Made by a program: the position numbers and the translations under genes. From contig OZ219747.1 of NCBI GenBank assembly GCA_964291265.2, forward strand, positions 416,001 to 480,000: DNA of 64,000 nt. Reading direction: 5' to 3'. Below are positions 10,640-20,924 of this stretch, in pieces; the first letter of the stretch is position 1, and every line of letters starts with the position of its first letter. The DNA is from Alphaproteobacteria bacterium (lineage in GTDB: Bacteria; Pseudomonadota; Alphaproteobacteria; SP197). Below the pieces are notes generated by a model, which was not told the DNA's origin, did no database searches, and saw only the letters and a program-made list of their open reading frames with translations.

Positions 10640-11432
10640 AGCTGTCAGGACCGAGCGCCGCGGAAAGGTTCTCGAAGTCACCCTCGACCGGCCACCTGTC
10701 AATGCCATCGATGACAGAACATCGATGGAGCTCTACCAGGCCTTCCGAACGCTGCAGGACGACGACGAGCTCATGGTCGGCATCGTCACCGGTGCGGGTG
10801 AGCGCTGCTTTTCCGCCGGATGGGACCTCAAGGCCGTGGCCGCCGCCGACCGGCTCGACGAGGTCGACGGCGAGGGATCGCCTGGCGGGTTTGCCGGACT
10901 GACGGAGTTCTGGGATCTCCACAAGCCGGTCATCGGCGCCGTCAACGGCGTGGCCATCGGCGGCGGTTTCGAACTCGCCCTGTCGACCGACATCATGCTA
11001 GCCGCCGATCATGTCGAGTTCTGGCTGCCCGAGATGCAGCGCGGATTCCTGGCGAGCGCCGGCGCCATCCAGCGCCTGCCCCGGCGCATTCCCTACAACG
11101 TCGCCATGGACCTCTTCCTGACCGGACGCCACATGGATGCCGAGGAGGCACGGCACTGGGGTCTTGTGAGCGAGGTCGTGCCGGGCGCCGACCTGATGAC
11201 GCGGGCCCGCGAACTGGCGGATCAACTCAGCAAGTCGGCGCCCCTAGCGCTCCAGGGCCTCAAGGCGATCATGCCGGTCATCATGCCGCTTTCCCTCGAG
11301 AACGCCATGCGGAAGACGAAGACCGGCCATTCCGGTGTCGACGTCTACGAGAGGATGATGCACTCCGAGGACGCCATCGAGGGACCACGCGCCTTCGCCG
11401 AGAAACGCCGGCCCGAATGGAAGGGGCGCTGA
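10632..11432 (+). CDS. Enoyl-CoA hydratase/crotonase (CaiD-like)
   Basis: FSAGWDLK, KPVIGAVNGVAIGGGFELAL, LPE, EGPRAFAEKR.PEWKGR. Confidence 0.92.
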   Translation: MSEAVRTERRGKVLEVTLDRPPVNAIDDRTSMELYQAFRTLQDDDELMVGIVTGAGERCFSAGWDLKAVAAADRLDEVDGEGSPGGFAGLTEFWDLHKPVIGAVNGVAIGGGFELALSTDIMLAADHVEFWLPEMQRGFLASAGAIQRLPRRIPYNVAMDLFLTGRHMDAEEARHWGLVSEVVPGADLMTRARELADQLSKSAPLALQGLKAIMPVIMPLSLENAMRKTKTGHSGVDVYERMMHSEDAIEGPRAFAEKRRPEWKGR

Positions 11433-11482
11433 TCCGGCCTTGTTGAGAGGTTCGGACCTGGAGTAAGGTCGCGCACCCCCAT

Positions 11483-11571
<89 letters not shown>

Positions 11572-11591
11572 CCGGTTCTTGCCAGTCTCGT

Positions 11592-11699
11592 TTCCGCAAA
11601 CACCGCAAGCGCATGCGATACCGCCACCTCAGCGACCGCGGCGTCGCCATCGGCTCGGGCGTCGTCGAGGCCGCCAACAAAGTACTCATCACACAGAGG
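11592..11699 (+). pseudogene. Fragment of an ISKra4/ISLre2-like transposase
   Basis: FRKHRKRMRY...VAIGSGVVEAANKVLITQR aligns with the C-terminal part of the 462-aa transposases at 35073 and 38599. Confidence 0.85.
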
Positions 11700-11886
11700 A
11701 GACCCACTATGTTCAGAACCAGAACCGCCAGCATCATCTGACCGTCGCTCCAGCCCTGCGACGGGCTCCCGGACAGGCGCGGAAGCCCCGAAAGAACCCG
11801 CCTCGCCGCCAGCAAAGCAACTCGAACACCAGAACCAGACCGCCACGCGCTGTCGAAACTGCCCCACCAGGACGCTCAAATCATTC

Positions 11887-13106
11887 TAGTGTCATGTCAA
11901 CAATGATATGTCGTATATTTTGCGCTAGACTGTCCGTCCATTCGGGACGGAGGTCGGAGTATGAAACGCTACGTTGTGACCTTGGACGAGGCGGAACGGG
12001 AAGAACTTTCGGAGATCACGACCAAGGGCTCGCACCTGTCGCAAAAGGTGATCAACGCTCTGATCCTGCTCAACTGCGACGAGGGCGCGTTCAATGAACG
12101 CCAGGTGACCGGGGAGGTCATTGCCGGGATTCTGCGCATCAGCATGCGCAAGGTAGACCGGGTGAAGAAGCGTTTCGTGGAAGAGGGTCTGGAGGCGGCA
12201 TTGGGTGGCCGGCAGGGACGTCGTCCCAGCTCCGTGCGAAAAGCCGACGGCGCCTTCGAGGCGCGCTTGGTGGCCCTGAGTTGTGGCGAACCGCCCGAGG
12301 GTCACGCGCAATGGTCGTTGCGGCTGCTGGCCGACCGCGTTGTCGAGCTTGGCTACATCGATGCTGTGTCACACGAGACAGTGCGGCGTGTTCTAAAAAA
12401 AACTGCCTCAAGCCATGGCAGCGGGTCGGGTGGGTGATTCCTCCTCAAGGGAACGCCGACTTCGCCGCGGCGATGGAGAAGGTGCTCGATGTCTATCGCC
12501 GCCCCTATGATGCCGCCTTCCCCGTGGTCTGCATGGACGAAACGCCCCGACAACTGATCGGCGAGACACGGCAACCGATCGCCATGGCGCCAGGGCGGTC
12601 AGCGCGTGACGACGACGAGTATCGACGTTGCGGCACCTGCAACGTCTTCATGGCCACGGAACCCCTGGCCGGCAAGCGCATGACCAAGGTGACCAAGCGC
12701 AAGACCAAGATCGACTGGGCGCAGTTTCTGGCCGACATCGCCTCGCGCTACCAGGACGCCACCACCATCACCCTGGTGATGGACAACCTCAACACCCATC
12801 GGCCCGGCGCCCTCTACGAGGCCTACCCGCCGGACGAGGCCAAGGCCTTGTGGGACCGCTTCGAGTTCGTCTACACACCCAAGCACGGCAGTTGGCTGAA
12901 CGTGGCCGAGGTGGAACTCAACGTCATGATCCGCCAGTGCCTCAACCGCCGCATCGACTGCATCGAGGTGCTACGCCGGGAAGTCGCCGCCTGGCAGGCC
13001 TCCCGCGACCGCATCCAGGCCAAGGTGGATTGGCAGTTCACCACCGACGATGCCCGCGTGAAACTCAAACGGCTCTATCCGACATTTGACGAATGACAGG
13101 ACACTA
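11887..13106 (+). mobile_element. IS630 family insertion sequence
   Basis: Imperfect IRs TAGTGTCATGTCA / TAGTGTCCTGTCA, with CTAG at both junctions (11886-11889, 13104-13107). Confidence 0.9.
11961..13096 (+). CDS. IS630 transposase, two ORFs joined by a probable -1 frameshift
   Basis: HTH ORF 11961-12437 and DDE ORF (CMDE, VMDNLNTH, YTPKHGSWLNVAE) in the -1 frame; A8 run at 12395-12402. Confidence 0.88.
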
Positions 13107-13188
13107 GGAGTCGATGACACAGCCATCCTAGATTCCTTGAATGAAGGCAATGGTGCACAGATGAGCCAAGTTTTCATCACGGACATAT

Positions 13189-14783
13189 TCAGGCGGCAAG
13201 GGTCTGTCCCTCCCAGAGTTTGCTGACCTCGTCATCGAGCGAGTGGAGGATGCGTCCGAGCCTGGATGGCACCTTGTCATCGAAGGCCGCCGCCAGGGCA
13301 GGGCTGAGTGTCCGCCGGTGGATGCGGCAATAGGCAAGAGCGATCCTCTGCCCTCTTGCGTCAGACGATAGCGATGGGATGACGGTATCCTCTCGATGAG
13401 GCCCCGCAGGCGCAGGCGCCGCAGATCATAGGTGGCCTGACGTGAGCCATAGGTATCGGTCGACAGGAGGTCGGCAACGGCCTCTCTCATCTGGCGGTTG
13501 TTGAAGCCCATGGGGAGGAAGACATGCAGCAGGATGGCTGCGAGGACTGCCTGGATGCGTGGATCACCGAAGCGCAGGGCGGATACCCGACGTTCGTCGA
13601 CGACGACAGGTTGATGCAGGGCATCGAAGGTGGCTGCTCCGATCGGACAGTCGTGACTGATGCGTTGGACGTCGAGAAGACGTCGGGTGGCGTCGAAGCC
13701 GACCTCCTTGAGGTCATCGAGGTTGATCAGTCTGCGCTTGATGCCGAAGTCGTACGTGTTGTTGATCACCGTCTCCGTTCGCAGGGCACGGCCTTCCTTG
13801 AAGGACTGCTTGATACGCGAATGCCTGTCATCCACATGCAGCGACGGCTGCACGCCGTCGGTGATGACGCGGGTTCTGAACCGCGAGGTGGTCCGCCGTG
13901 TGATACGGCGGTTGAAGATCAACTGCACATGGTCAGGACGGCCGATGTCGAGGTTCTCGCGAATGATCTCCTCGAACAGGATCCGGCCGTGAAGAGGACG
14001 GTCAAACACCTGTGTGAGCGCACACTCCGCCTGGAGAATCGACAGGTCGTAGCGGATGCCCCTCATCGCGTCCTCGTCGGTGAAGGGATGGGGAAGCCAT
14101 GCCGTCCACTTGCGGAACAGCGCGTCGATCCGTGAGGCATCGATCTCCCCGGCCACGGCCTGCATGATCCGAGGATCGGCACAACTCAGGATGCCGTTGT
14201 CGAGAGCCTCGAAGGCCACCCCGCGCTTGCTCAGCTGACGCTTCAGGTATTCGTGACCATTGAGGCACAGCTTGGCGTTGTACGGGAAGTAGGAACAGAA
14301 CTTGATGAAGCAGGGACCAAAGTCGTCGTCCACGATGTAGATGTACCAGGCATTGACCATCGCCGTGCTGTGAACCAATTCGCAGGACGCCCTGCCCGTC
14401 GCCGGATCAACGCGCTTCTGCGTACGCAGGACACGGGCCTTCTCCTGGGCCTTGCCGACGTAAAGGACACCTTCACCGCCAGACCACAGGCGAAGATACT
14501 TCTGTGTCACATCATCCTTGCGCTCCCCCTTCCTGAAGCTGACAAGGTCGACACCCTGATCCCGGGCAAACCGCTCCAGGCGCGTCACAAAGCGCCGCGT
14601 CATCGGCGCCATCAGAGCCGATGACGGAACAGGATTGCCCCGAACCTCCCGAAAGAACCAGGCCGCGCCACCACCCGTCTGCAGCATTGGCACATAGGCG
14701 TTGAGATAAAGCCGGTCCAGACACTCAAGCTCCAGCGTCACGTGATTCTCAAGGACCTCGCCAACAGACCGTGCTATCGTCAT
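13189..14783 (-). pseudogene. Uncharacterised ~530-aa putative mobile-element protein with C-terminal winged HTH; 1-nt frameshift near 13350
   Basis: Long ORF from ATG 14783; motif RIKQSFKEGRALRTETVIN; wHTH YDLRRLRLRGLIERIP..HRYRLT; the alternative frame gives a natural-looking end RIALAYCRIH...QTLAA-stop at 13189. Confidence 0.65.
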
Positions 14784-15055
14784 CTTCTGGCCTCCGAACG
14801 ATGGGTTCCCCACATGGTTATCATAACCAACCCTCGGGCTGTATCAGGCGGGTCACCGCAGAGCGGAACAGCGGGCGGAGTCCTTTCCCTTCCGCGACGT
14901 CTCTCGTCGGTCTGAGGCATAGCCTCATTAGGAAAGGCATCGGACAACATGACACCCCTGCCGCAGCTCGCCGATCAGGGAGACCGCAACGCGCTTGACG
15001 GCGCGGGGCGGATTGTGTCATAATTGTAGCGTTCATCCCGAATGGAGACCGTGGC

Positions 15056-16027
15056 ATGGCCAGATTCAGAGGAACCGACGGCGACGACTGGCTCTACGGC
15101 AACTTGCTCTTCGGCGGCGCTGGCAACGACTGGCTCTTTGGCGGCGACGGCGACGACAAGCTTCGGGGCGGTGCTGGCAACGACATGATCTACGGCTTAA
15201 ACGGCAACGACAGGCTCCACGGCGGCGACGGCCACGACAGGCTCCACGGCGGCGACGGCGACGACGGGCTCCACGGCGGCGCTGGCCTCGACAGGCTCCA
15301 CGGCGACGCTGGCCACGACAGGCTCTACGGCCACGCTGGCGACGACTGGCTGGAAGGCGGAGCCGGCAACGACATGCTCTACGGCGGAGCCGGCAACGAC
15401 TGGCTCTTTGGCGGCGACGGCGACGACAAGCTTCGGGGCGGTGCTGGCAACGACAGGCTCGACGGCTTAAACGGCAACGACAGGCTCTCTGGCGGCGCTG
15501 GCAACGACTGCCTCTCTGGTGGCGCTGGCAACGACATACTCTACGGCGGAGCCGACAACGACTGCCTCTTTGGCGGCAACGGCGACGACAGGCTCTACGG
15601 CGGCGCTGGCGACGACAGCCTCTACGGCGACGGCGGCAACGACTGGCTCTCTGGCCGCGACGGTGGCGACACGCTCCGGGGCGACGCTGGCGACGACACG
15701 CTCCGGGGTGGCACTGGCGACGACACGCTCTATGGCGACGCTGGCGACGACACGCTCTACGGCGGGAAGGGCGACGACACGCTCCGGGGCGGCGCGGGCA
15801 ACGACCGCTTTTTCTTCGATGCCGAAAGCGACCATGACACCATTGCCGACTTCGGGAACGGCAGCGATACCATCGTGTTCAAACAGAAGTTGGCCTACGC
15901 CGACATCATCATCAAGGACCGCGACGCCGGGACCGTGATTACCGGGCCTAATGATGACTGGAGCATCACGCTTGAAGGCGTGACAGCGGCCGAGCTTACC
16001 GAAAGCGACTTTGAGTTTCTGGGATAG
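15056..16027 (+). CDS. RTX (hemolysin-type) calcium-binding repeat protein
   Basis: About 26 GGxGxDxLx nonapeptides, then D.I.DF..G.D.I and a type I secretion-like tail ending DFEFLG. Confidence 0.92.
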   Translation: MARFRGTDGDDWLYGNLLFGGAGNDWLFGGDGDDKLRGGAGNDMIYGLNGNDRLHGGDGHDRLHGGDGDDGLHGGAGLDRLHGDAGHDRLYGHAGDDWLEGGAGNDMLYGGAGNDWLFGGDGDDKLRGGAGNDRLDGLNGNDRLSGGAGNDCLSGGAGNDILYGGADNDCLFGGNGDDRLYGGAGDDSLYGDGGNDWLSGRDGGDTLRGDAGDDTLRGGTGDDTLYGDAGDDTLYGGKGDDTLRGGAGNDRFFFDAESDHDTIADFGNGSDTIVFKQKLAYADIIIKDRDAGTVITGPNDDWSITLEGVTAAELTESDFEFLG

Positions 16028-16556
16028 CTCGCGGCGTAGTCCTCGATGCGCTAGCGCATCATCGTCCCACCCCGCGAGCACCCCAGACACGCGGGGCGCG
16101 GGGCCGTCGCCGGGGTGCGGCGCACGAGCAAGCTCCCACGCCGACCCCGCCGAGACCCTATCGCGCCTAGGGCGTATGATCACGAATCATGGCGTTCCAT
16201 CGGGTACACAGCACCACATGTGGTGGGTACCATGGCTGGGGCTGGGGTCGCCCGAGCGAAATATAGGCATCGCGACGTCTTAAGGAACAAACTCTGAGGC
16301 AGCCGGTTTCACGCTGCGCACGTTCCGCGCCAACCGGAGAGCGCGGGCCTTCCATGAAGCGCACGGCCTCGTCGCGGTCGAATTCGGTCGCAGTGAAGCG
16401 GGAAACGAGCCCGACGTCGCCGGTCGCCGGGATCCGGCCTCCCTGACCTGATCGCGTTGTGCGCTGTCGCTGACGGAACAGCTGTTCCGGACTGTTGAGC
16501 GTGCTGCAGCCGTCTCACCTTGTCACGTGGCGACTGGCGGGTTCTTCCGGGGGCGA

Positions 16557-17408
16557 TCAGGGAGCGTCGATGAGCGTCACGTCGACGGACCGGCTGGGGT
16601 TCACGACTTCCTCGCGGCCGGGCACGAGGGCGAGTTCCTCGGTGCCGCAGGCGGCCGTCCTTCTCATGATGCCATGCGTGGCGGCGAGGGCATGGGCCAG
16701 GGCGGCGGGAAGCGCGGCACCCCGCAGGGTCACCGCGGTGAAGACCGCGGCGATGAGGTCGCCGGCGCCATCGACCGGGACGTCGAGGCGTTCGACGCTG
16801 GCCTGGCAGGCGCACTGACTGTCAACGGCGATGACGGGAATCGTGTCAGGATACCCGGCGCGCGCCTCGAGCGAGGTGACGACCACGGTCTGTGGCCCCA
16901 GGCCCTGCACCTGCCGAGCGGCGTGGAGTGCGTCATCGATGCCCTCGACCCGCCGCCCGGCGAGGAACTCGAGCTCCATGTGATTGGGGAAGAGAATGTC
17001 GGCCCTCGGCACGATGTGATCCCTGAGGTACTCGGGCACGCCGGGTTCCACAAAGAAACCGTCCTCGTTGCCCATCACCGGATCGCATGCATAGAGGGCG
17101 CCGGGATTGGCCCGGCGCAGCACGTCGAGAGCATGGAGCACGGTGTCGCCGAGTTCCGGCGAACCGATGAATCCCGTCAGCAGGGCCCGGCACCGGCCGA
17201 GACCGCGTCGCGCGACGCCGTCGATCAGCTGCGTCACCCAGGCGGGTTCGAGAGCCCGTCCCTCGTAATCCTGCCAGCCCAGGTGATTGGAAAACACAAC
17301 CGTCGGCACGGCATCGACCTCGAAACCGAGAAGCTGCAGGGGCAGCACTGCCGCATTGAGACCGACATGGCCCCGCGCGACATGGGACTGGATCGTCAGG
17401 ATATCCAT
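16557..17408 (-). CDS. pdxY: Pyridoxal kinase
   Basis: ILTIQSHVARGHVG, PTVVFSNH, CDPVMG, PN..ELEFL, GAGDL. Confidence 0.9.
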   Translation of the reverse strand: MDILTIQSHVARGHVGLNAAVLPLQLLGFEVDAVPTVVFSNHLGWQDYEGRALEPAWVTQLIDGVARRGLGRCRALLTGFIGSPELGDTVLHALDVLRRANPGALYACDPVMGNEDGFFVEPGVPEYLRDHIVPRADILFPNHMELEFLAGRRVEGIDDALHAARQVQGLGPQTVVVTSLEARAGYPDTIPVIAVDSQCACQASVERLDVPVDGAGDLIAAVFTAVTLRGAALPAALAHALAATHGIMRRTAACGTEELALVPGREEVVNPSRSVDVTLIDAP

Positions 17409-18276
17409 GGCTTCCGTCGTCCATCCGACGCACGCAATTGGCAAGGGCACGAGTGATAAGCCCTGCGGCCTTCCCGTGCAATGCGGCACGGAGTGACGAT
17501 GGACACCGAACGTCGGCGGCGTCATGGAAGACTTGTGCGGCGGGCGTCACCATGGAGACCGTGACGGGAGCCGACCGCCGTGAAGGATACTCTCGACTGC
17601 GCGATCGTCGGCGGGTGTACGCTTGCCCAGTGTCTTTCCACCGACAGTGTCATCCGTGTGCTCGTGGTGGAAACCGGAAGATGGGACCGCGGTCCCCCGA
17701 CTCACATTCCGCTGGGATGGGGCCGCGTCCTTCATGACTCCCTGCGCGGCTGGATGTATCTCCATGAACCCGTGCAAGGGTCTGGTGCCACGGCGTCGAG
17801 TGCGCCAGGAACAAGATCGTCGGAGGATCATGCTCGGTCAAGGCCATGGCATATGTGCGGAGAACCGCACGACTGCGACACCTGGGCGGCCGGCGATTCC
17901 GTCGACTGGGTCTGGATCAGCATGCGTCCCTGCTTCAAGCGCCAGGAGATCTGGGAGGAAGGCGCCGATGCCTGCCGGTGGCGCCCTCAACGTCCAGTTC
18001 TGCACGTACCGGGTTCCTCCTGTTGAGGCCTTGGGCGAGGCTGGCCGCGAAGCCCATCATGCCTGGACCGACGACTACAACCCCGCACACCAGGACGGTT
18101 TCGCTCGCCTGCAGATGACCATTCGCCCCGGCCGCCTGAGCGAGTGCCGCTTCGGCCGGCCTGCGCCCGGCACCCGGAAGGCGTGAACCGAGCGTGAACT
18201 CCCAGGCCAGGCGCATTCTCTGCGAGGGTGCGAGCGCCGTGGGCGTGGGGGCGCGCCAGGGCGAGCGGACACACAC

Positions 18277-20651
18277 CTTTCAACCAGACACTGTTGAATC
18301 CATCTTTTTCAGCATATCGAGTTCCTGCAGTTTCCGCATATTTCGGTGATGTTCGACGAAGGTGAGGAGGATTTCGTATCCCTGCCAGAGTTTCTCAGTC
18401 CCCGGCAGGGGTTGACGTTTTCTGGGAATGAAGCCCGCCAGGCGTGCGACGTCGACGGCGAAGGCTGCGATGGTCGGTTCGGGATCGGGAGGTCCACGCG
18501 GCGTGCGCTGTCGGCTGACCTTATAGATGTTCAGGACCGTGATCTCGTCGCGGTGGACGATGTGGCTTGCCGGGGTGTCTGGTGCCGAGCGTGCGAGGCG
18601 CTCGACGGTCATGACGCGGCATGCGGTGATGGCGTCGAAGGCCAGACACTTCCTCAGATCGTCGGCCTGGTTGAGGCGCCGGTCCTTGATCCGGGTGCCG
18701 ACCTTCAGGGCCTTGAAGTACTCTTCGATCCACCATCGCCTCTCGTAGAAGGAGACGGTCTTGAGGGCATCGTCTGCGGTGACGTCGCCTTCGGTGGTGA
18801 GCAGCATCCAGTCGAGAGGATCGCGGCCTGGCGGTGGGGCGGGTTCCGTGACCCGCACGGCCATCATGGAGAGCGGCGGCGTTGCCTGAGGCTTCTTGTC
18901 CGGCGGAGCCAGGTCGACCCTTGCCGCACGGACTTCGAGGCGTACGCCCTTGCGCTCCTTGCGACGACGCGGCCCTCCGCAGGCTGCGATGTCGATCTGC
19001 TTCGTTGCGATGCACGGCTCGTCCGCCATGTAGTCCCAAAGGTCCCGGCAGGCGCCCGTTGCGGTGACCACGCGGCGCCGTGTCGAGCGCCTGACGCGCA
19101 CCAGCAGACCGGCCTCGTGCTCCGTGCTCCGGGCCAGCAGGTCCCAGATGTCGCCTTCACGGTCACAGATCACCAACACCCTTGTCGAAGGACAGGCAGC
19201 GGCCAGTTCCACGGCCTTGTCGTACCCGTCGAGCCAGCGCCGGCTCTCCTTGTCGTCTGGCTCGTCCTTCTTCTGATCCGGCTTGAGACGGAAGTCGGCG
19301 TCGAGATGGAACAGGCCGAGGGATGAGCCGCCTTCGCTGAAGGCAACCCCGGCATGGGCCGCCATGCCAAGGGCGCCCGAGCCGCCGCCGCCGATGTCAA
19401 CAAGACCCTTGGTCGCCTCCAAGCCGTTGTCATTCAAGAACGTCGTGTCCTGGATGGCAAGAATCAGGCGCTGCGAACGGCAGCGTTCCACCATCGCTTC
19501 CTGGTGCCCCTCAAGGATATGCTCCATCGTCACCCTCGGATTCGACAACAAGCGGTAGGCCGCCTTCTGCTCCGCCTCGCCGGGGAAGATCACCGGCAGG
19601 ATCGCGCCGGGACGATCGTTCCACGCCCGGCCCATGGTGACAAGGCGCTCGCGGATGCGCACGTCACTGTGGCTGCTGCGGGCGTACTCCCTCATCGCCC
19701 AGTCGGTCCTGTCATCACCGACAAGGGGCGCCGCCTGGCCCATGACACGCTCAGGCTCCCGGCACAGCACGGCGCGCCAGTCAGGCGTCAGGGGCTTCAT
19801 CCATACGGACCGCTGCACGCCCGGGCCGGTGGCCCCGGGAGGTCGACCCGAGGTCATCTCCTCACAGCGCTCCCAGCCCGCCGCCCGGTAGCTCACGCCG
19901 CTGTGCTCGGGACCCACATACGTGTACGCCAGAACCGGCTTCACCCCGTACTTCTCGTGCCAGTCCGTAGCCAGACGCCGGCAGGCACAGGCCAGGGCAT
20001 GGGAGGCCAACTCCTTCACATCCACCGATGGAAGAATCAGGAAGCGATCATTGTTGACGATCTCGCCGAGGTGGGCGACACGGGCTCCCTGGGACCAGCC
20101 GATGAAGTCGTCGCGCGCCTTCTGGTGCCAACTCGCCGCACCAAACACCAGGCCGCCGAGGCGACCGTGGCGCGACGAGGTGATCCAGTAGCTCACCCGG
20201 GCTCCGGGTGCGCACGCCTCGCCTTCGGGATGCCAGGTCGCCATCATCGAACGGGCCAGGCGCTTGTCCTCGCCCTCGCCCACAGGCTCCAAGGTGACCT
20301 CTCCAAGGTCCTCCAGAGAACAGGCGAGGAGCTTGTCGGGATAGTCCCGCTCAAGGATGTCGGCGCCGGTGCCGAAGGCATCAGGCCTTGGTGCAGGAAG
20401 GGCGATGTCGAGCGACGCAGCAAGGTCAGGCAGGGCCGCACGCGCCGAGGCAAGACAGAGCTCGCCCTTCGCGTTGCGCCACTCCTCGCGCTCGCACAAT
20501 CCCCGCGCCAGAGACGAGCGTGTGCTGCCCTCGGCAGCCGACGCCGCCTTCAGCCAGTCAACCGTCGTCGCAGACAGATGTCGAAAGCCGATCCTCATGG
20601 GCCACTATGTAAGGCCTCATGAACGTCGAGTCAAGCCTGTCCCGTTGAAAG
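18277..20651 (-). mobile_element. IS4 family element A
   Basis: IRs CTTTCAACCAGACACTGTTGA / CTTTCAACGGGACAGGCTTGA; 9-bp TSD GACACACAC (18268-18276, 20652-20660). Confidence 0.92.
18280..20598 (-). CDS. IS4 (IS50-like) transposase with N-terminal DUF4338-like domain
   Basis: N-half RDDFIGWS, NNDRFLILP, LASH.L, Y...GVSYRAAGW; C-half AAYRLL, IQDTT, CDREGD, Y..RW.IEEYFKALK, LAGF...PG...LW.G. Confidence 0.9.
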   Translation of the reverse strand: MRIGFRHLSATTVDWLKAASAAEGSTRSSLARGLCEREEWRNAKGELCLASARAALPDLAASLDIALPAPRPDAFGTGADILERDYPDKLLACSLEDLGEVTLEPVGEGEDKRLARSMMATWHPEGEACAPGARVSYWITSSRHGRLGGLVFGAASWHQKARDDFIGWSQGARVAHLGEIVNNDRFLILPSVDVKELASHALACACRRLATDWHEKYGVKPVLAYTYVGPEHSGVSYRAAGWERCEEMTSGRPPGATGPGVQRSVWMKPLTPDWRAVLCREPERVMGQAAPLVGDDRTDWAMREYARSSHSDVRIRERLVTMGRAWNDRPGAILPVIFPGEAEQKAAYRLLSNPRVTMEHILEGHQEAMVERCRSQRLILAIQDTTFLNDNGLEATKGLVDIGGGGSGALGMAAHAGVAFSEGGSSLGLFHLDADFRLKPDQKKDEPDDKESRRWLDGYDKAVELAAACPSTRVLVICDREGDIWDLLARSTEHEAGLLVRVRRSTRRRVVTATGACRDLWDYMADEPCIATKQIDIAACGGPRRRKERKGVRLEVRAARVDLAPPDKKPQATPPLSMMAVRVTEPAPPPGRDPLDWMLLTTEGDVTADDALKTVSFYERRWWIEEYFKALKVGTRIKDRRLNQADDLRKCLAFDAITACRVMTVERLARSAPDTPASHIVHRDEITVLNIYKVSRQRTPRGPPDPEPTIAAFAVDVARLAGFIPRKRQPLPGTEKLWQGYEILLTFVEHHRNMRKLQELDMLKKMDSTVSG

Positions 20652-20924
20652 GACACACACCGTCCGCCGGGCGCGAAGTCATCGTGCCATGCGGGGGTAT
20701 CGATTCGGCGACATTCCTCATGCATTCTGGCCTCGGCGCTGTCCACGCCCTGCGCCAGCATGACATCCTGGTTCTCGTCGACCTGCCCGGTGTCTACGGC
20801 ACTCTGCAGGACCATATCTCGACGATCCTGCCCTACCCCTGCCGAGAAACCGGGGCCCTTCGCCAGGGCCATGCGCCATGCGGCGGGCCCGGTTTCTCGG
20901 CAGCGGCCTTGCCCTGCCTATTTG

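Noticed and set aside
11700-11885. Possible integrase remnant after the tRNA
   Set aside because: No recognisable motif
15056-15810. 27-bp periodic repeats as a possible CRISPR array or DGR template
   Set aside because: They encode RTX nonapeptides; there are no unique spacers, cas genes or reverse transcriptase
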